DNA from: Minisyncoccota bacterium | Lineage (GTDB): Bacteria > Patescibacteriota > Minisyncoccia > Phycocordibacterales > UBA9973 | Length of the DNA: 64,000 nt | Assembly (NCBI GenBank): GCA_039915165.1 | Contig: JBDSNU010000018.1 | Coordinates: forward strand, 166,617-230,616 | Reading direction: 5' to 3' | Part shown: piece by piece, positions 9,629 to 22,478 of the stretch | How the letters are laid out: the number at the start of each line of letters is the position of its first letter | Numbering within the stretch: position 1 is the stretch's first letter | Made by a program: the position numbers and the translations under genes | Notes under the pieces: generated by a model | What the model saw: the letters and a program-made list of their open reading frames with translations, nothing else | The model's database searches: none | Told to the model about the DNA's origin: nothing

Positions 9629-10219
9629 ATGAGATATGTTTTCTTACTACTTCTAATAGCTGCTTCAATCGGAATATTTGTTACGGTTATTATTCCACGA
9701 TATGGTGTGATCAAGGGTGATCGCGCCGATGTTGCTGCATATCAAGCAAACTTAGTAACTGCAAACGAACTACAACAGTCCCGTAATGCGTTGATTGCTC
9801 AATATAATAATATTCCCAAAACTGATTTGGATAATATTAAAACATTGCTCCCCGATAGTGTTGATAATATTCGCTTGATTATTCAACTCGATTCACTTGC
9901 AACAAAAAATGGATTGTCATCATTGAGAAATGTTGATTACAATCCGAGCCAAGCAACCACAACAGCTCCAGGGGCTACGTCACGTACTACAGATGCAAAA
10001 GCTGACCAGCGTCCATACGGGGAATTCGTTATCGCATTTCAGACAACGGGGCAGTATTCCAATTTACTATCATTTATCTCTGATCTTGAGCAAAATCTTC
10101 GCTTAGTTGATGTAACAAATGTACAATTTACTCCAATTCTTTCAAGTACAGGCACACAAACAGCAGCAAGTGGTATTACCTATAAAGTAACCCTTAAAAC
10201 CTATTGGTTAAAAAAATAA
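9629..10219 (+). CDS. PilO-like pilus assembly protein
   Basis: N-terminal TM, coiled coil, position between pilN-like and pilB. Confidence 0.5.
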   Translation: MRYVFLLLLIAASIGIFVTVIIPRYGVIKGDRADVAAYQANLVTANELQQSRNALIAQYNNIPKTDLDNIKTLLPDSVDNIRLIIQLDSLATKNGLSSLRNVDYNPSQATTTAPGATSRTTDAKADQRPYGEFVIAFQTTGQYSNLLSFISDLEQNLRLVDVTNVQFTPILSSTGTQTAASGITYKVTLKTYWLKK

Positions 10220-10220
10220 T

Positions 10221-10880
10221 ATGAGTAAAAAAGTCAAAATCTTCATTATTGTAATCGGAATCATCGCAGTGTTGATTTTTGCCTTTAATTTTTTTGGAAA
10301 TAATACACCTGCTTCAACTACTACAGCGGGCATCGCTAGTAATGTAAGTACTTCTACCTCGCCAAGTGCCACTGGTGCGACTGGCACTTCGGCATCAAGT
10401 AGTAGTTTCACTGCACTACTTTCAAGTATTAGTGGCATTACACTTGATACCTCTATTTTTTCAAATCCAGGATATAAGGCCTTACGCGACTACCCACTTT
10501 CACTTGGCACTGCAGTTATTGGTCGTCAAAATCCTTTCGCACCTTTAGGGGTAGATAGTACTGGCACTTCAATTGCTACAGCAGTTCAAGTACAAACACT
10601 TGCACCAGGTAAAATTCTTAGCACTACGGCTGAACTAGGAGCACTTGTTACTGCTGCAAATACCAGTCCAAGTACTGTAGTATTTCAATATGGGACAACG
10701 GATACAGTAACTTCTTCATCTGCTCCAATTAAGGTTACACAAAATGGTACTGCGTTATATACTCTTACTGGACTTACACCAGCCACTACGTACTATGTTG
10801 AAGCTGTTGCAGTACAAGGTTCGACTACTGCTACTGGTACCATTATGTCATTCACTACTGCTCCAAAGCAGAAACAATAA
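10221..10880 (+). CDS. hypothetical S/T-rich membrane-anchored protein in pilus operon
   Basis: signal/TM then poly-Ser/Thr linker and beta-rich C-terminal domain; 1-nt spacing to pilB. Confidence 0.4.
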   Translation: MSKKVKIFIIVIGIIAVLIFAFNFFGNNTPASTTTAGIASNVSTSTSPSATGATGTSASSSSFTALLSSISGITLDTSIFSNPGYKALRDYPLSLGTAVIGRQNPFAPLGVDSTGTSIATAVQVQTLAPGKILSTTAELGALVTAANTSPSTVVFQYGTTDTVTSSSAPIKVTQNGTALYTLTGLTPATTYYVEAVAVQGSTTATGTIMSFTTAPKQKQ

Positions 10881-12607
10881 TGTTTCTTGATTTCCTACTT
10901 TCTCAAAATGTAATAACCGAACTGCAATACAATCGTGTTATGGCAGAACTGAACCATGAATATCATGGTGATACTACTGCTGCGCTAATTGCATTAGGGT
11001 TAACTGAAGACGCAGTAACTCAATCAAAGGCAATGTTTTATCGCTTGCCTTATGTAAAGATAGGGAAAATTTTTACTGAAGCCGCAAAATATATTCCAGA
11101 AGAGGCTGCTCGTCAGTATAGATTTGTGCCAATTGCATTTACTGATGAAGTATTGTCGATCGGAGTAACAGAGCCAGAAAACCTTGAAGCAATGAATGCC
11201 TTGCAGTTCATGTCGGTGAAGCTCGGCATTCCTTTTAAGGTATTTCTCATTTCTCCGTCTGATTTTAATAAAATGATTGATGGATACAAGGCTGGTACGC
11301 AAGAAGTAGACACTGAAGTGGATGAATTAAATAATGAGCTCAAGCTTGCGGATACTCCAGATGTAAAAGTAAGTTCGTCATTGGCAAAAAAACAATTACT
11401 CAATCCTTCATTACAAGAAAAGATTGTTGAAGACGCACCTATAATCAAAATCGTAGCTGTGGTTATTGAACATGCTGTTGAAGGGGGAGCTTCTGATATC
11501 CACATTGAAAACAGTGGTACTTCTGTGAAGGTTCGCTATCGTGTTGATGGAACATTGCATACGACATTAGTATTGCCGATCACTACATTTGATGCCATTG
11601 TTGCGCGTATCAAAATTTTGGCAAAATTGCGATTGGATGAAAAACGTAAACCCCAAGATGGTAGTTTTTCTACGGAAGTATCGGGAAGAAAAATTGAATT
11701 TCGTGTTTCGACATTCCCAGCATATTACGGTGAAAAGGTAGTGATGCGTATCTTAGACTCAGAGCATGGAGTGAAATCAATTGAAGATCTTGATTTGTCA
11801 CCAGCCAATCTTAAAACAGTAGAAGCAGGATTGCGTAAACCATACGGCCTCATTCTTATTTCTGGACCAACAGGATCTGGTAAGAGTACAACATTGTACT
11901 CTATGTTGTCAGCAGTTGATCGCGAGGGAAGCAACGTTGTTTCACTTGAAGATCCAGTTGAATATCAAATCCCAGGGGTAACACAGTCCCAAGTTATGCC
12001 AGAGATAGGCTACACATTTGCATCAGGGTTGCGTTCAATTTTGCGTCAGGATCCGAATATTATCATGGTGGGAGAAATCCGTGACAAAGAAACAGCGCAG
12101 CTAGCCATTCAGGCCGCGCTAACTGGTCACTTAGTGCTTTCAACAATTCACACCAATAGTGCGATTGGTATTATTCCTCGCTTGGTAGATATGGGAGTTG
12201 ATCCGTATTTGATCGCGCCGACATTAGTATTGGCTATTGCGCAGCGTTTGGTACGTCGCGTACACCCTAGTGCTCGTCATGAGGTGCCAATGGATGCTGT
12301 AACAAAAGAATTCATCAGTAAAGAGTTTATTGATTTGTCTCCAGAGGAAATTACTCGACTCAATATTTCTGACAAAATGTACGAAGTACGCCCTTCATCC
12401 GAAGCACCTTCTGGAACCAGTGGACGTATTGCTGTATTTGAAATGTTTAGTGTGGATAAAGAAATTCAGCAAGTTATTTTGAAAACTCCAACAGAACCAG
12501 AACTGTACAAAATCACTCGAGCAAAAGGAATGCTCACTATGCGTGAAGATGCATTACTTAAAGCATTGGATGGACAGGTTACCATGCAAGAAGTCTTTGG
12601 ATTGTAA
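10880..12607 (+). CDS. pilB: type IV pilus assembly ATPase PilB (GspE family)
   Basis: Walker A 'GPTGSGKST'; Asp box and His box; N-terminal GspII_E N-domain. Confidence 0.9.
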   Translation: MFLDFLLSQNVITELQYNRVMAELNHEYHGDTTAALIALGLTEDAVTQSKAMFYRLPYVKIGKIFTEAAKYIPEEAARQYRFVPIAFTDEVLSIGVTEPENLEAMNALQFMSVKLGIPFKVFLISPSDFNKMIDGYKAGTQEVDTEVDELNNELKLADTPDVKVSSSLAKKQLLNPSLQEKIVEDAPIIKIVAVVIEHAVEGGASDIHIENSGTSVKVRYRVDGTLHTTLVLPITTFDAIVARIKILAKLRLDEKRKPQDGSFSTEVSGRKIEFRVSTFPAYYGEKVVMRILDSEHGVKSIEDLDLSPANLKTVEAGLRKPYGLILISGPTGSGKSTTLYSMLSAVDREGSNVVSLEDPVEYQIPGVTQSQVMPEIGYTFASGLRSILRQDPNIIMVGEIRDKETAQLAIQAALTGHLVLSTIHTNSAIGIIPRLVDMGVDPYLIAPTLVLAIAQRLVRRVHPSARHEVPMDAVTKEFISKEFIDLSPEEITRLNISDKMYEVRPSSEAPSGTSGRIAVFEMFSVDKEIQQVILKTPTEPELYKITRAKGMLTMREDALLKALDGQVTMQEVFGL

Positions 12608-12633
12608 TTCATTTAAGATATACTATAACCATT

Positions 12634-13692
12634 ATGGATTACAAAAAATCTTTTGATGAACTACTTGATGTATTGGTAAGAGAAAACGGTTCTGATCTAC
12701 ACATTTCATCTGGTCGTTACCCAGCATTGCGCGTAAACGGCGAATTGATTTTTTTGCTTAATCATTCGGTGCTGACACAAGAAGATATTTCAGGCATGCT
12801 CAAAGCAGTGTTGTCAGAAGATCACTATAAGCACTTCATTGAAGTAGAAGAATTAGATTTTTCATATCAGTATCAGCCACAAATGAGACTACGTGGCAAT
12901 GCATTTATTCAACAAGGGAATCTTGGTGTTGTTTTGCGTTTGATTCCAGAAGTAAAAAATTTCGAAGAGCTTAACCTCCCGCCAATTTTGACTGAATTCG
13001 CTCGCAAGCGACAAGGGTTCTTTCTAGTCGTTGGTCCAGTAGGGCAAGGTAAGTCTGCAACAATGGCAGCGATGGTTCGTTTGATTAATGAAGAGCGTGC
13101 CGCTCATATTTTAACTATTGAAGATCCTGTTGAGTACACATATCCACAAGGCAAATCTATTATCGATCAGCGTGAAGTTGGTATTGATACTGCAGATTTT
13201 CCTATTGCCCTCAAGTCAGCATTTCGCCAAGATGTAAATGTTATTTTGATTGGTGAGATGCGCACCGCTGAAACAATTTCAACAGCAGTTACTGCTGCAG
13301 AAACCGGACACCTGGTATTATCTACACTGCACACCAACAATGCATCACAAAGTATTGACCGTATTATCGACTCATTTCCTGCAGGACAGCAGGATCAGAT
13401 CCGAACTCAGCTCGCAGGCTCATTGCTCGGTATTTTTTCACAGCGTCTGATCCCACGTATTGCCGGTGGACGTATCCCTGCATATGAACTACTCATTAAC
13501 AACAATGCTGTTTCCAACCTTATCCGTGAAAAGCGAACACATGAAATAGATATGGTTATCGAAACTAGTTCAGAGCTTGGTATGATCGATATGAATCGGT
13601 CATTGATCGATCTTGTTCGTCGCGGTGAGATCACTATTGAAAATGCGTATGCATACTCAAACAATCCTAAGAACTTAGAGCGACTTCTATAA
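12634..13692 (+). CDS. pilT: twitching-motility retraction ATPase PilT
   Basis: Walker A 'GPVGQGKSAT'; PilT-length (352 aa). Confidence 0.88.
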   Translation: MDYKKSFDELLDVLVRENGSDLHISSGRYPALRVNGELIFLLNHSVLTQEDISGMLKAVLSEDHYKHFIEVEELDFSYQYQPQMRLRGNAFIQQGNLGVVLRLIPEVKNFEELNLPPILTEFARKRQGFFLVVGPVGQGKSATMAAMVRLINEERAAHILTIEDPVEYTYPQGKSIIDQREVGIDTADFPIALKSAFRQDVNVILIGEMRTAETISTAVTAAETGHLVLSTLHTNNASQSIDRIIDSFPAGQQDQIRTQLAGSLLGIFSQRLIPRIAGGRIPAYELLINNNAVSNLIREKRTHEIDMVIETSSELGMIDMNRSLIDLVRRGEITIENAYAYSNNPKNLERLL

Positions 13693-13696
13693 CCAT

Positions 13697-14902
13697 ATGA
13701 ATTACGTTTACACTGCTGTTACAGATAAAGGCGAAAAGAGAGAAGGGGTTATTGAAGCCGTTAATCAAGAGTTGGCGATAGCTGGTCTACAGCGACGTGG
13801 ATTGATTGTTACTACTATCAAGAACGAAGAAGCTGCAAAGAAGTGGTTTGAAATCACATTATTTGAACGCGTACCACTGAAAGATGTAGTGATTTTATCA
13901 CGTCAGATGTCGACATTATTTGAAGCACAGGTTTCTGCCCTTAAAGCATTCACATTGCTATCAGAAAATACTGAAAACAAAGTATTGGGACGCAAGCTTA
14001 CTACTATTGTATCTGATTTGCAGGCAGGATCATCCATTGCTGGTGCATTAGCAAAACAAAGTGATGTTTTTTCTGACTTTTATGTAAACATGGTGAAGGC
14101 AGGCGAAGAGTCAGGTAAGCTCACTCAGGTATTTGCGTTCCTAGCTGATTATTTAGATCGTCAGTATGCACTTACTACAAAAACAAAAAATGCATTAGTA
14201 TACCCAGCATTCGTGATCGGAGTGTTTTTTGTGGTGATGATTTTGATGTTCACGGTTATCGTACCGAAGTTGTCTGCGATTATTACAGAATCCGGACAAG
14301 ATATTCCTATTTATACTAAGGTAGTGTTTGCTATAAGTACTATCTTTGTGAATTACGGTATATTTATGTTAATTTTTGTGGCTATATTTGTTGCATATGT
14401 TATTTACCTTGCTCGTACTGTAAAAGGAAAGCAGCTTATTGATGATATTAAATTCGGCTTGCCTGTATTTGGTAACCTATATCGCAAACTCTATCTTGCT
14501 CGTATTGCCGATAACATGGACACTATGCTTTCTTCAGGTATTCCAATTGTGCGCGCGATTGAGATCACTGGACAGGTAGTTGGCAATAAGCGTTATGAGG
14601 CAGTGATGCGTACGACAATGGAAAGTGTAAAAGCCGGCAAGGCATTTTCACAAGCACTAGGAGAGCATGCTGAAATCCCAAAACTCATGTCTCAAATTAT
14701 CCGCGTTGGTGAAGAAACCGGCTCTGTGGGGTCTATTTTGAAAATGTTGGCGAAGTTTTATAACCGTGAAGTTGACCAGGCTATTGATACATTAGTTGGT
14801 CTGATCGAGCCTTTTATGATCGTTTTCCTTGGTCTAGGTGTTGGTATTTTATTGGTTTCAGTACTTGTACCCATTTACAACATTGCTGGAGGCATTCAAT
14901 AA
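13697..14902 (+). CDS. pilC: type IV pilus platform protein PilC (GspF family)
   Basis: 401 aa, 3 TM, duplicated GspF domain. Confidence 0.85.
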   Translation: MNYVYTAVTDKGEKREGVIEAVNQELAIAGLQRRGLIVTTIKNEEAAKKWFEITLFERVPLKDVVILSRQMSTLFEAQVSALKAFTLLSENTENKVLGRKLTTIVSDLQAGSSIAGALAKQSDVFSDFYVNMVKAGEESGKLTQVFAFLADYLDRQYALTTKTKNALVYPAFVIGVFFVVMILMFTVIVPKLSAIITESGQDIPIYTKVVFAISTIFVNYGIFMLIFVAIFVAYVIYLARTVKGKQLIDDIKFGLPVFGNLYRKLYLARIADNMDTMLSSGIPIVRAIEITGQVVGNKRYEAVMRTTMESVKAGKAFSQALGEHAEIPKLMSQIIRVGEETGSVGSILKMLAKFYNREVDQAIDTLVGLIEPFMIVFLGLGVGILLVSVLVPIYNIAGGIQ

Positions 14903-14903
14903 A

Positions 14904-14912
14904 TGCTATAAT
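14904..14912 (+). promoter_or_regulatory. candidate extended -10 element (TGcTATAAT) for pilin gene
   Basis: TGnTATAAT about 65 nt upstream of pilin ATG. Confidence 0.3.
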
Positions 14913-14979
14913 TTCGGCATTACAAAGTCATTGTAATAATCGATTATTATTTATTAATTCGTTCTCAAGAAAAATTTGT

Positions 14980-15438
14980 ATGAAGAAAAATCTTAACAAA
15001 GGTTTCACATTGATCGAACTTTTGGTTGTTATTGCAATCATCGGTATCCTCGCATCTGTGATCCTCGCATCTCTAAATACTGCACGTGCAAAAGGTGCTG
15101 ATGCTGCTAGTAAGTCTGATTTGTCTAATGCTCGCGCACAGGCAGAAATCTTTTATGATAATGCTACTCCAAACTCATATGCTGGTGTATGTGTTGCATC
15201 AACAGCAACAAACGGTATCATCGCTATGATTGCGGACGCTGCTGCAAAGTCTGGTACAACTGTAGCTGCAACTACAGCTGCAAGTGATACTACTCACACA
15301 GCATGTCACGATACTGCAACTGCATGGGCTGCTTCTGTTCCTACTAAGTCAGTAACTGGATACTTCTGTGTAGACAGTACTGGTACAAGTAAGCAGACTA
15401 CAAGTCCTCTTGCTGCAAGCGCTACTATTTGTAGTTAA
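14980..15438 (+). CDS. pilA: type IV major pilin (prepilin with class III signal)
   Basis: 'KGFTLIELLVVIAIIGILASV' prepilin cleavage/methylation motif; Cys pair near C-terminus. Confidence 0.85.
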   Translation: MKKNLNKGFTLIELLVVIAIIGILASVILASLNTARAKGADAASKSDLSNARAQAEIFYDNATPNSYAGVCVASTATNGIIAMIADAAAKSGTTVAATTAASDTTHTACHDTATAWAASVPTKSVTGYFCVDSTGTSKQTTSPLAASATICS

Positions 15439-15524
15439 TCTATAAACTAATAGTTATTCACAAAACATCCCGAGCATCGTCGAGGGGTGTTTTGTTTATG
15501 CCCGATAGTTGGTACAATAGAGAC

Positions 15525-16316
15525 ATGATATTACTTCCAATTTTTATATTTATTTTCGGACTAATTATTGGAAGTTTTTTAAACGTAGTGATCTTGCGTT
15601 TAAACACTGGTCGCAGTCCAGCTCAAGGACGTTCAAAATGTGCACGATGCAATACGCCGCTCTCATGGTATGAACTCATTCCAGTATTTTCTTATATCGG
15701 ATTGAAAGGGAAGTGTAAAACATGTAATACACACATCTCATTTCAATATCCTATAGTTGAATTATTAACAGCGATTGTATTTACTATTATCTACACTACA
15801 GCGTTGGCGACATATGGTTTCACTACGATGACCGCTATAGTATTTGTATTCTCAACAATTATTGCCGCTCTGCTTATCATCATTTTTGTATATGATATTC
15901 GCCACACCATTATTCCAGATACTATAGTCTACCTGTTTATCATTATGGCGCTGCTCTCAATATTGTGGAGTACATTTACTGTGTCAGGATTCAGTGCTGG
16001 TATTGCGATATTCAATGGCGTATTCGTGGCATTGCCTTTCTTCTTGTTGTGGGCATTATCAAAAGGCCGCTTCATGGGGTTTGGTGATGTGAAGCTCGCA
16101 CTTGGTATCGGTTGGTTACTTGGGTTAACAGGCGGCTTCAGTGCATTATTATTCTCTTTTTGGATTGGCGGTATTGTCGGACTCTTTATGTTGGCACTCT
16201 CTCGTAAATACCATATGCGCTCAGAGATCCCATTTGCTCCGTTCTTGATCATGGGAACATTTATTGTTGGCGTATGGGGAGTAACTATTTTCTCGCTATT
16301 ACAATTATGGCAATAA
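15525..16316 (+). CDS. pilD: prepilin peptidase PilD (A24 family)
   Basis: zinc-binding 'CARCNTPLSWYELIPVFSY...CKTCN'; 8 TM; alternative upstream start at 15492. Confidence 0.85.
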   Translation: MILLPIFIFIFGLIIGSFLNVVILRLNTGRSPAQGRSKCARCNTPLSWYELIPVFSYIGLKGKCKTCNTHISFQYPIVELLTAIVFTIIYTTALATYGFTTMTAIVFVFSTIIAALLIIIFVYDIRHTIIPDTIVYLFIIMALLSILWSTFTVSGFSAGIAIFNGVFVALPFFLLWALSKGRFMGFGDVKLALGIGWLLGLTGGFSALLFSFWIGGIVGLFMLALSRKYHMRSEIPFAPFLIMGTFIVGVWGVTIFSLLQLWQ

Positions 16317-16978
16317 TTAATAAACAGGCGGGATTTACTCTTATTGAAATGCTGGTCGTGGTCGGCATTTTTGCTGTAGTAGCAACAACCTTACTTTTTA
16401 ATTATTCAAGCTTCAGTACTAGTGTCGGGGTACGCAATCTCTCAGAACAGATCGGTATCAGTATTCGTAAGGCACAAAGTTATGCAACAAGTGTGCGCAG
16501 TATTTCTGGATCCGGCGGATTGATGAGTGATACATTTCCTGCATACGGTATTGCCTTTTCAGAAGGATATCCTTCACAAAATCTCTACGATCCGACTGAC
16601 AGCAGTTTCACACTGTTCACGGATGTATCTCCACAAAATAATACAATAACGAATAATATTTTTGATAATAATGGTTCATGTGGTGCACCAGGACAAGATC
16701 AAGAATGTGTAGAAAATTTCAGCATTACTAATGGTAATAAAATTGTATCACTCTGTACTGATAGTCCATCTGCTGGGACTTGTTTCACTGCTGAACATCC
16801 AGGAAAGGTAAATATTGTTTTTCACCGCCCAAACCCCGACGCCATAATCTGTATAGTTGACCAGTCTGGTAACTGTAGTAGCCAGCTTTCTTCATACGTG
16901 AAAATCACTGTGCAGTCATTGAAGGGAATTAATCGTATAATAACTATCTGGAGTACTGGCCAGATCAGTGTGAATTAA
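16307..16978 (+). CDS. minor pseudopilin with prepilin-type N-terminal domain
   Basis: 'QAGFTLIEMLVVVGIFAVVATT'. Confidence 0.75.
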   Translation: MAIINKQAGFTLIEMLVVVGIFAVVATTLLFNYSSFSTSVGVRNLSEQIGISIRKAQSYATSVRSISGSGGLMSDTFPAYGIAFSEGYPSQNLYDPTDSSFTLFTDVSPQNNTITNNIFDNNGSCGAPGQDQECVENFSITNGNKIVSLCTDSPSAGTCFTAEHPGKVNIVFHRPNPDAIICIVDQSGNCSSQLSSYVKITVQSLKGINRIITIWSTGQISVN

Positions 16979-16979
16979 T

Positions 16980-17612
16980 ATGCAATATAGAAAACTATCC
17001 ACCTTCATACACTACGGCGCGACGAGGCAGTCCGGCTTTACACTAGTTGAAGTGCTTGTTTCACTAGCGCTCTTTACTGTTGTTGTAGTAGCAGCGATCG
17101 GCTCTCTCTATACAGTGAACCAGGCTTCAACTCGGGTGAATGCTATGCGAACAGTGCTTGATAACCTTACTTTTGCAACAGAATCAATGAGTCGTACTAT
17201 TCGTACTAGTCAGCATATTGTGTGTGGTGGCGTAGCAAATAACAGTGGGCTCTCACAAAACTGCCCACTCGGTAATGTTAACGGTGGAGGCAATGCAATT
17301 TCAATGAATAGTACCATCGATGGTACCGCTATTGAATATGTAATTGGTAACAATATTCAAACAGGACTCGGAGAAATCGATAAGTGCATATTGGTAAATG
17401 GTCAGGTCACTTCAACGAGTTGTGTTGCGATCACTGCACCAGAAGTAAATATCAATATTACAAAAACTAAGTTCTATGTCGACGGCGCAGATCTTTCTGA
17501 CTCCAAGCAGCCAAGTGTTATGATGGTAATAGAGGGTGAAGCGAATGCTGGTGCTGGCAATACTGCTCCATTTGCCATTCAAACATTAATCTCTCAACGA
17601 GCCGTAGAATAA
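16980..17612 (+). CDS. minor pseudopilin with prepilin-type N-terminal domain
   Basis: 'SGFTLVEVLVSLALFTVVVVAAIGS'. Confidence 0.75.
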   Translation: MQYRKLSTFIHYGATRQSGFTLVEVLVSLALFTVVVVAAIGSLYTVNQASTRVNAMRTVLDNLTFATESMSRTIRTSQHIVCGGVANNSGLSQNCPLGNVNGGGNAISMNSTIDGTAIEYVIGNNIQTGLGEIDKCILVNGQVTSTSCVAITAPEVNINITKTKFYVDGADLSDSKQPSVMMVIEGEANAGAGNTAPFAIQTLISQRAVE

Positions 17613-17613
17613 T

Positions 17614-18201
17614 ATGAAACAACAACAAGGTTTTACTTTAATAGAAACATTGATCGCCATCTTTTTACTGACGCTCACTGTTGGCGGCTTGCTTGAACTT
17701 GCAGCTGGAGGATTTTATTCTGTGCGGTATGCTCGCAACCAGCTTGTTGCAGATGCACTGCTTCAAGAGTCATTAGAATATTTCCACAACAGTCGTGATA
17801 CCGCAGTACAAAACACTATTGATTGGCCAACATGGCTTGCGAGTTTCAATGTTGATTCAAGTGGTACCCAAATACAAGGCTCAGCTGGACAAGGATGTTT
17901 TTCAAGCAACGGTTGTATTGTAGATCCGTATGCTACCAATCAAAAAGTAAAAGCATGTAGTAGTACTTGTGCACCAATTGTTTTTTATACCAGTAATGAT
18001 TTGTATGGCTATACGAGTTCCACATATCCATCACAAAATGGTCAGACACTTAATACTGCTTCTCCTACAACATATGTGCGTACCATTACTCTTCAGCAAT
18101 CATCTCCAGACCAGGTGACAATAGTTTCCAAAGTGCAATGGTTGAATGGCTCAGCGCAGAAAAGTACTTCTCAATCTATTCTTTTAACGAGATGGCAATA
18201 A
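17614..18201 (+). CDS. minor pseudopilin with prepilin-type N-terminal domain
   Basis: 'QGFTLIETLIAIFLLTLTVGG'. Confidence 0.75.
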   Translation: MKQQQGFTLIETLIAIFLLTLTVGGLLELAAGGFYSVRYARNQLVADALLQESLEYFHNSRDTAVQNTIDWPTWLASFNVDSSGTQIQGSAGQGCFSSNGCIVDPYATNQKVKACSSTCAPIVFYTSNDLYGYTSSTYPSQNGQTLNTASPTTYVRTITLQQSSPDQVTIVSKVQWLNGSAQKSTSQSILLTRWQ

Positions 18202-18202
18202 T

Positions 18203-20774
<2,572 letters not shown>

Positions 20775-20781
20775 TGTTTAT

Positions 20782-21069
20782 ATGACAACAGAAATGACTG
20801 GTGACGAGATCAAAAGACTAGCAAATCTGGCGCGTTTGAGTGTGCCAGAGGCTGAATTAGAAACAGTAGGCAAAGATGTGGCCAATATTTTGGGCTTTGT
20901 TGACGCTATTCAAGCAGTGCAGTTGGATGGTCAGATTACACAAACTTCTGATAAGACCAATGTCTTCCGTGAAGATATTGTTGCTCCTATTACACCAGCA
21001 CATGACCTTATCGAAGCAGCTCCACTGCATCAGGATCACTTTGTTAAAGTACCAAAAGTTTTAGAATAA
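20782..21069 (+). CDS. gatC: Asp-tRNA(Asn)/Glu-tRNA(Gln) amidotransferase subunit GatC
   Basis: 95 aa; 'IKRLANLARLS' GatC start; directly precedes gatA. Confidence 0.8.
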   Translation: MTTEMTGDEIKRLANLARLSVPEAELETVGKDVANILGFVDAIQAVQLDGQITQTSDKTNVFREDIVAPITPAHDLIEAAPLHQDHFVKVPKVLE

Positions 21070-21070
21070 T

Positions 21071-22471
21071 ATGGAATACCCAACTATTGAACAATTACAT
21101 AAGAAAATTATTGCCAAAGAAATTACTATCAGTGATCTTGTGAAAGAATATTATGATCGTGCACAAGCAAGCGACTTGAATGCATATCGTGAATTATTTT
21201 CTGCAGAAGACATTGCTGCACAAGTTGCTATTGCAGAAGCAATGGTACAAGCGGGAACAGCGACACTGTTAACTGGTATGCCAATCGCTATCAAAGATAA
21301 TATTTTATTTGCGGGGCATATTGTAAGTGGCAGTTCAAAAATGCTTGAACACTATACTGCTTCATATGATGCAACGGTGATTGAAAAAATGAAGGCACAA
21401 GGCGCAGTGATCATCGGCCGTACAAACATGGACGAATTCGCTATGGGGTCATCAACTGAAAACTCAGCCTATGGTCCAACAAAAAACCCCTGCGATACCA
21501 CAAAAGTTCCTGGTGGTTCTTCAGGGGGATCTGCTGCAGCTGTTGCTGCTGGTTTGTGTGTAGCAGCATTTGGTTCAGATACCGGAGGTTCTATTAGACA
21601 GCCAGCTGCCTACTGCGGTATTGTCGGACTGCTTCCAACATATGGTTCTGTTTCTCGTCACGGCTTAATGGCAATGGGTTCTTCTCTCGATGTAATTGGT
21701 CCGATGACTCATTCCGTTGCAGATGCTGAAGTTTTTTATAATGCCTTCAAGGGTGATGACAAATATGATGGTACCAGTCTTGCCCAAACAGCTGATAGTC
21801 AGCCTTTAAAAAAGCGCCTGGCTATTCCAAAAGGAATTTTTGATGGCGGCGGCTTTGATCCTGAGCTTGAAAAGAATTTTAATGATACCGTAGCGAAATT
21901 GAAAACAGAAGGATTCGTTATTGATGAAATTGATTTACCGCACTTCGCTGATTCATTGGCAGTATATTATATTTTGATGCCAGCTGAAGTATCTTCAAAC
22001 CTCGCTCGACTTGATGGTATTCGTTATGGCGACCGTGCTGAGAGTAAATCTATCAATGATGTATATGGAGACACTCGTGGCGCATTGTTTGGTCTCGAAG
22101 TTCGTCGAAGAATTTTGCTCGGCACCTATGTGCTTTCTCATGGGTATTACGATGCTTATTACAATAAGGCAATTGCATTGCGTGCAACTATTCGCAAAGA
22201 ACTTGAAGCTGTATTAGAAAAGTATGATGCTATCTTTACTCCCACAACGCCGACACCTGCATTTGGTATTGGTGAGAAAGTCGATGATCCAGTAAGTATG
22301 TATCTTTCTGACTTGTTTACTGTACCTGCAAACATCGCTCAACATCCTGGTTTGTCAGTTCCATCAGGCAAGAGTAGTGCAGGTTTGCCATTTGGTGTGC
22401 AGTTCATCGGTGCGCGATTTGCTGAAGATATTTTGTTTGAGCTTGGCAAGACCATAGAGAATATACGATAA
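21071..22471 (+). CDS. gatA: Glu-tRNA(Gln) amidotransferase subunit GatA (amidase)
   Basis: amidase signature 'GGSSGGSAAAVAAG', Ser-cisSer-Lys triad context. Confidence 0.9.
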   Translation: MEYPTIEQLHKKIIAKEITISDLVKEYYDRAQASDLNAYRELFSAEDIAAQVAIAEAMVQAGTATLLTGMPIAIKDNILFAGHIVSGSSKMLEHYTASYDATVIEKMKAQGAVIIGRTNMDEFAMGSSTENSAYGPTKNPCDTTKVPGGSSGGSAAAVAAGLCVAAFGSDTGGSIRQPAAYCGIVGLLPTYGSVSRHGLMAMGSSLDVIGPMTHSVADAEVFYNAFKGDDKYDGTSLAQTADSQPLKKRLAIPKGIFDGGGFDPELEKNFNDTVAKLKTEGFVIDEIDLPHFADSLAVYYILMPAEVSSNLARLDGIRYGDRAESKSINDVYGDTRGALFGLEVRRRILLGTYVLSHGYYDAYYNKAIALRATIRKELEAVLEKYDAIFTPTTPTPAFGIGEKVDDPVSMYLSDLFTVPANIAQHPGLSVPSGKSSAGLPFGVQFIGARFAEDILFELGKTIENIR

Positions 22472-22478
22472 TACAGTT

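Noticed and set aside
11024-11934. Antisense ORFs within pilB
   Set aside because: Embedded in a high-confidence ATPase gene. Shadow ORFs.
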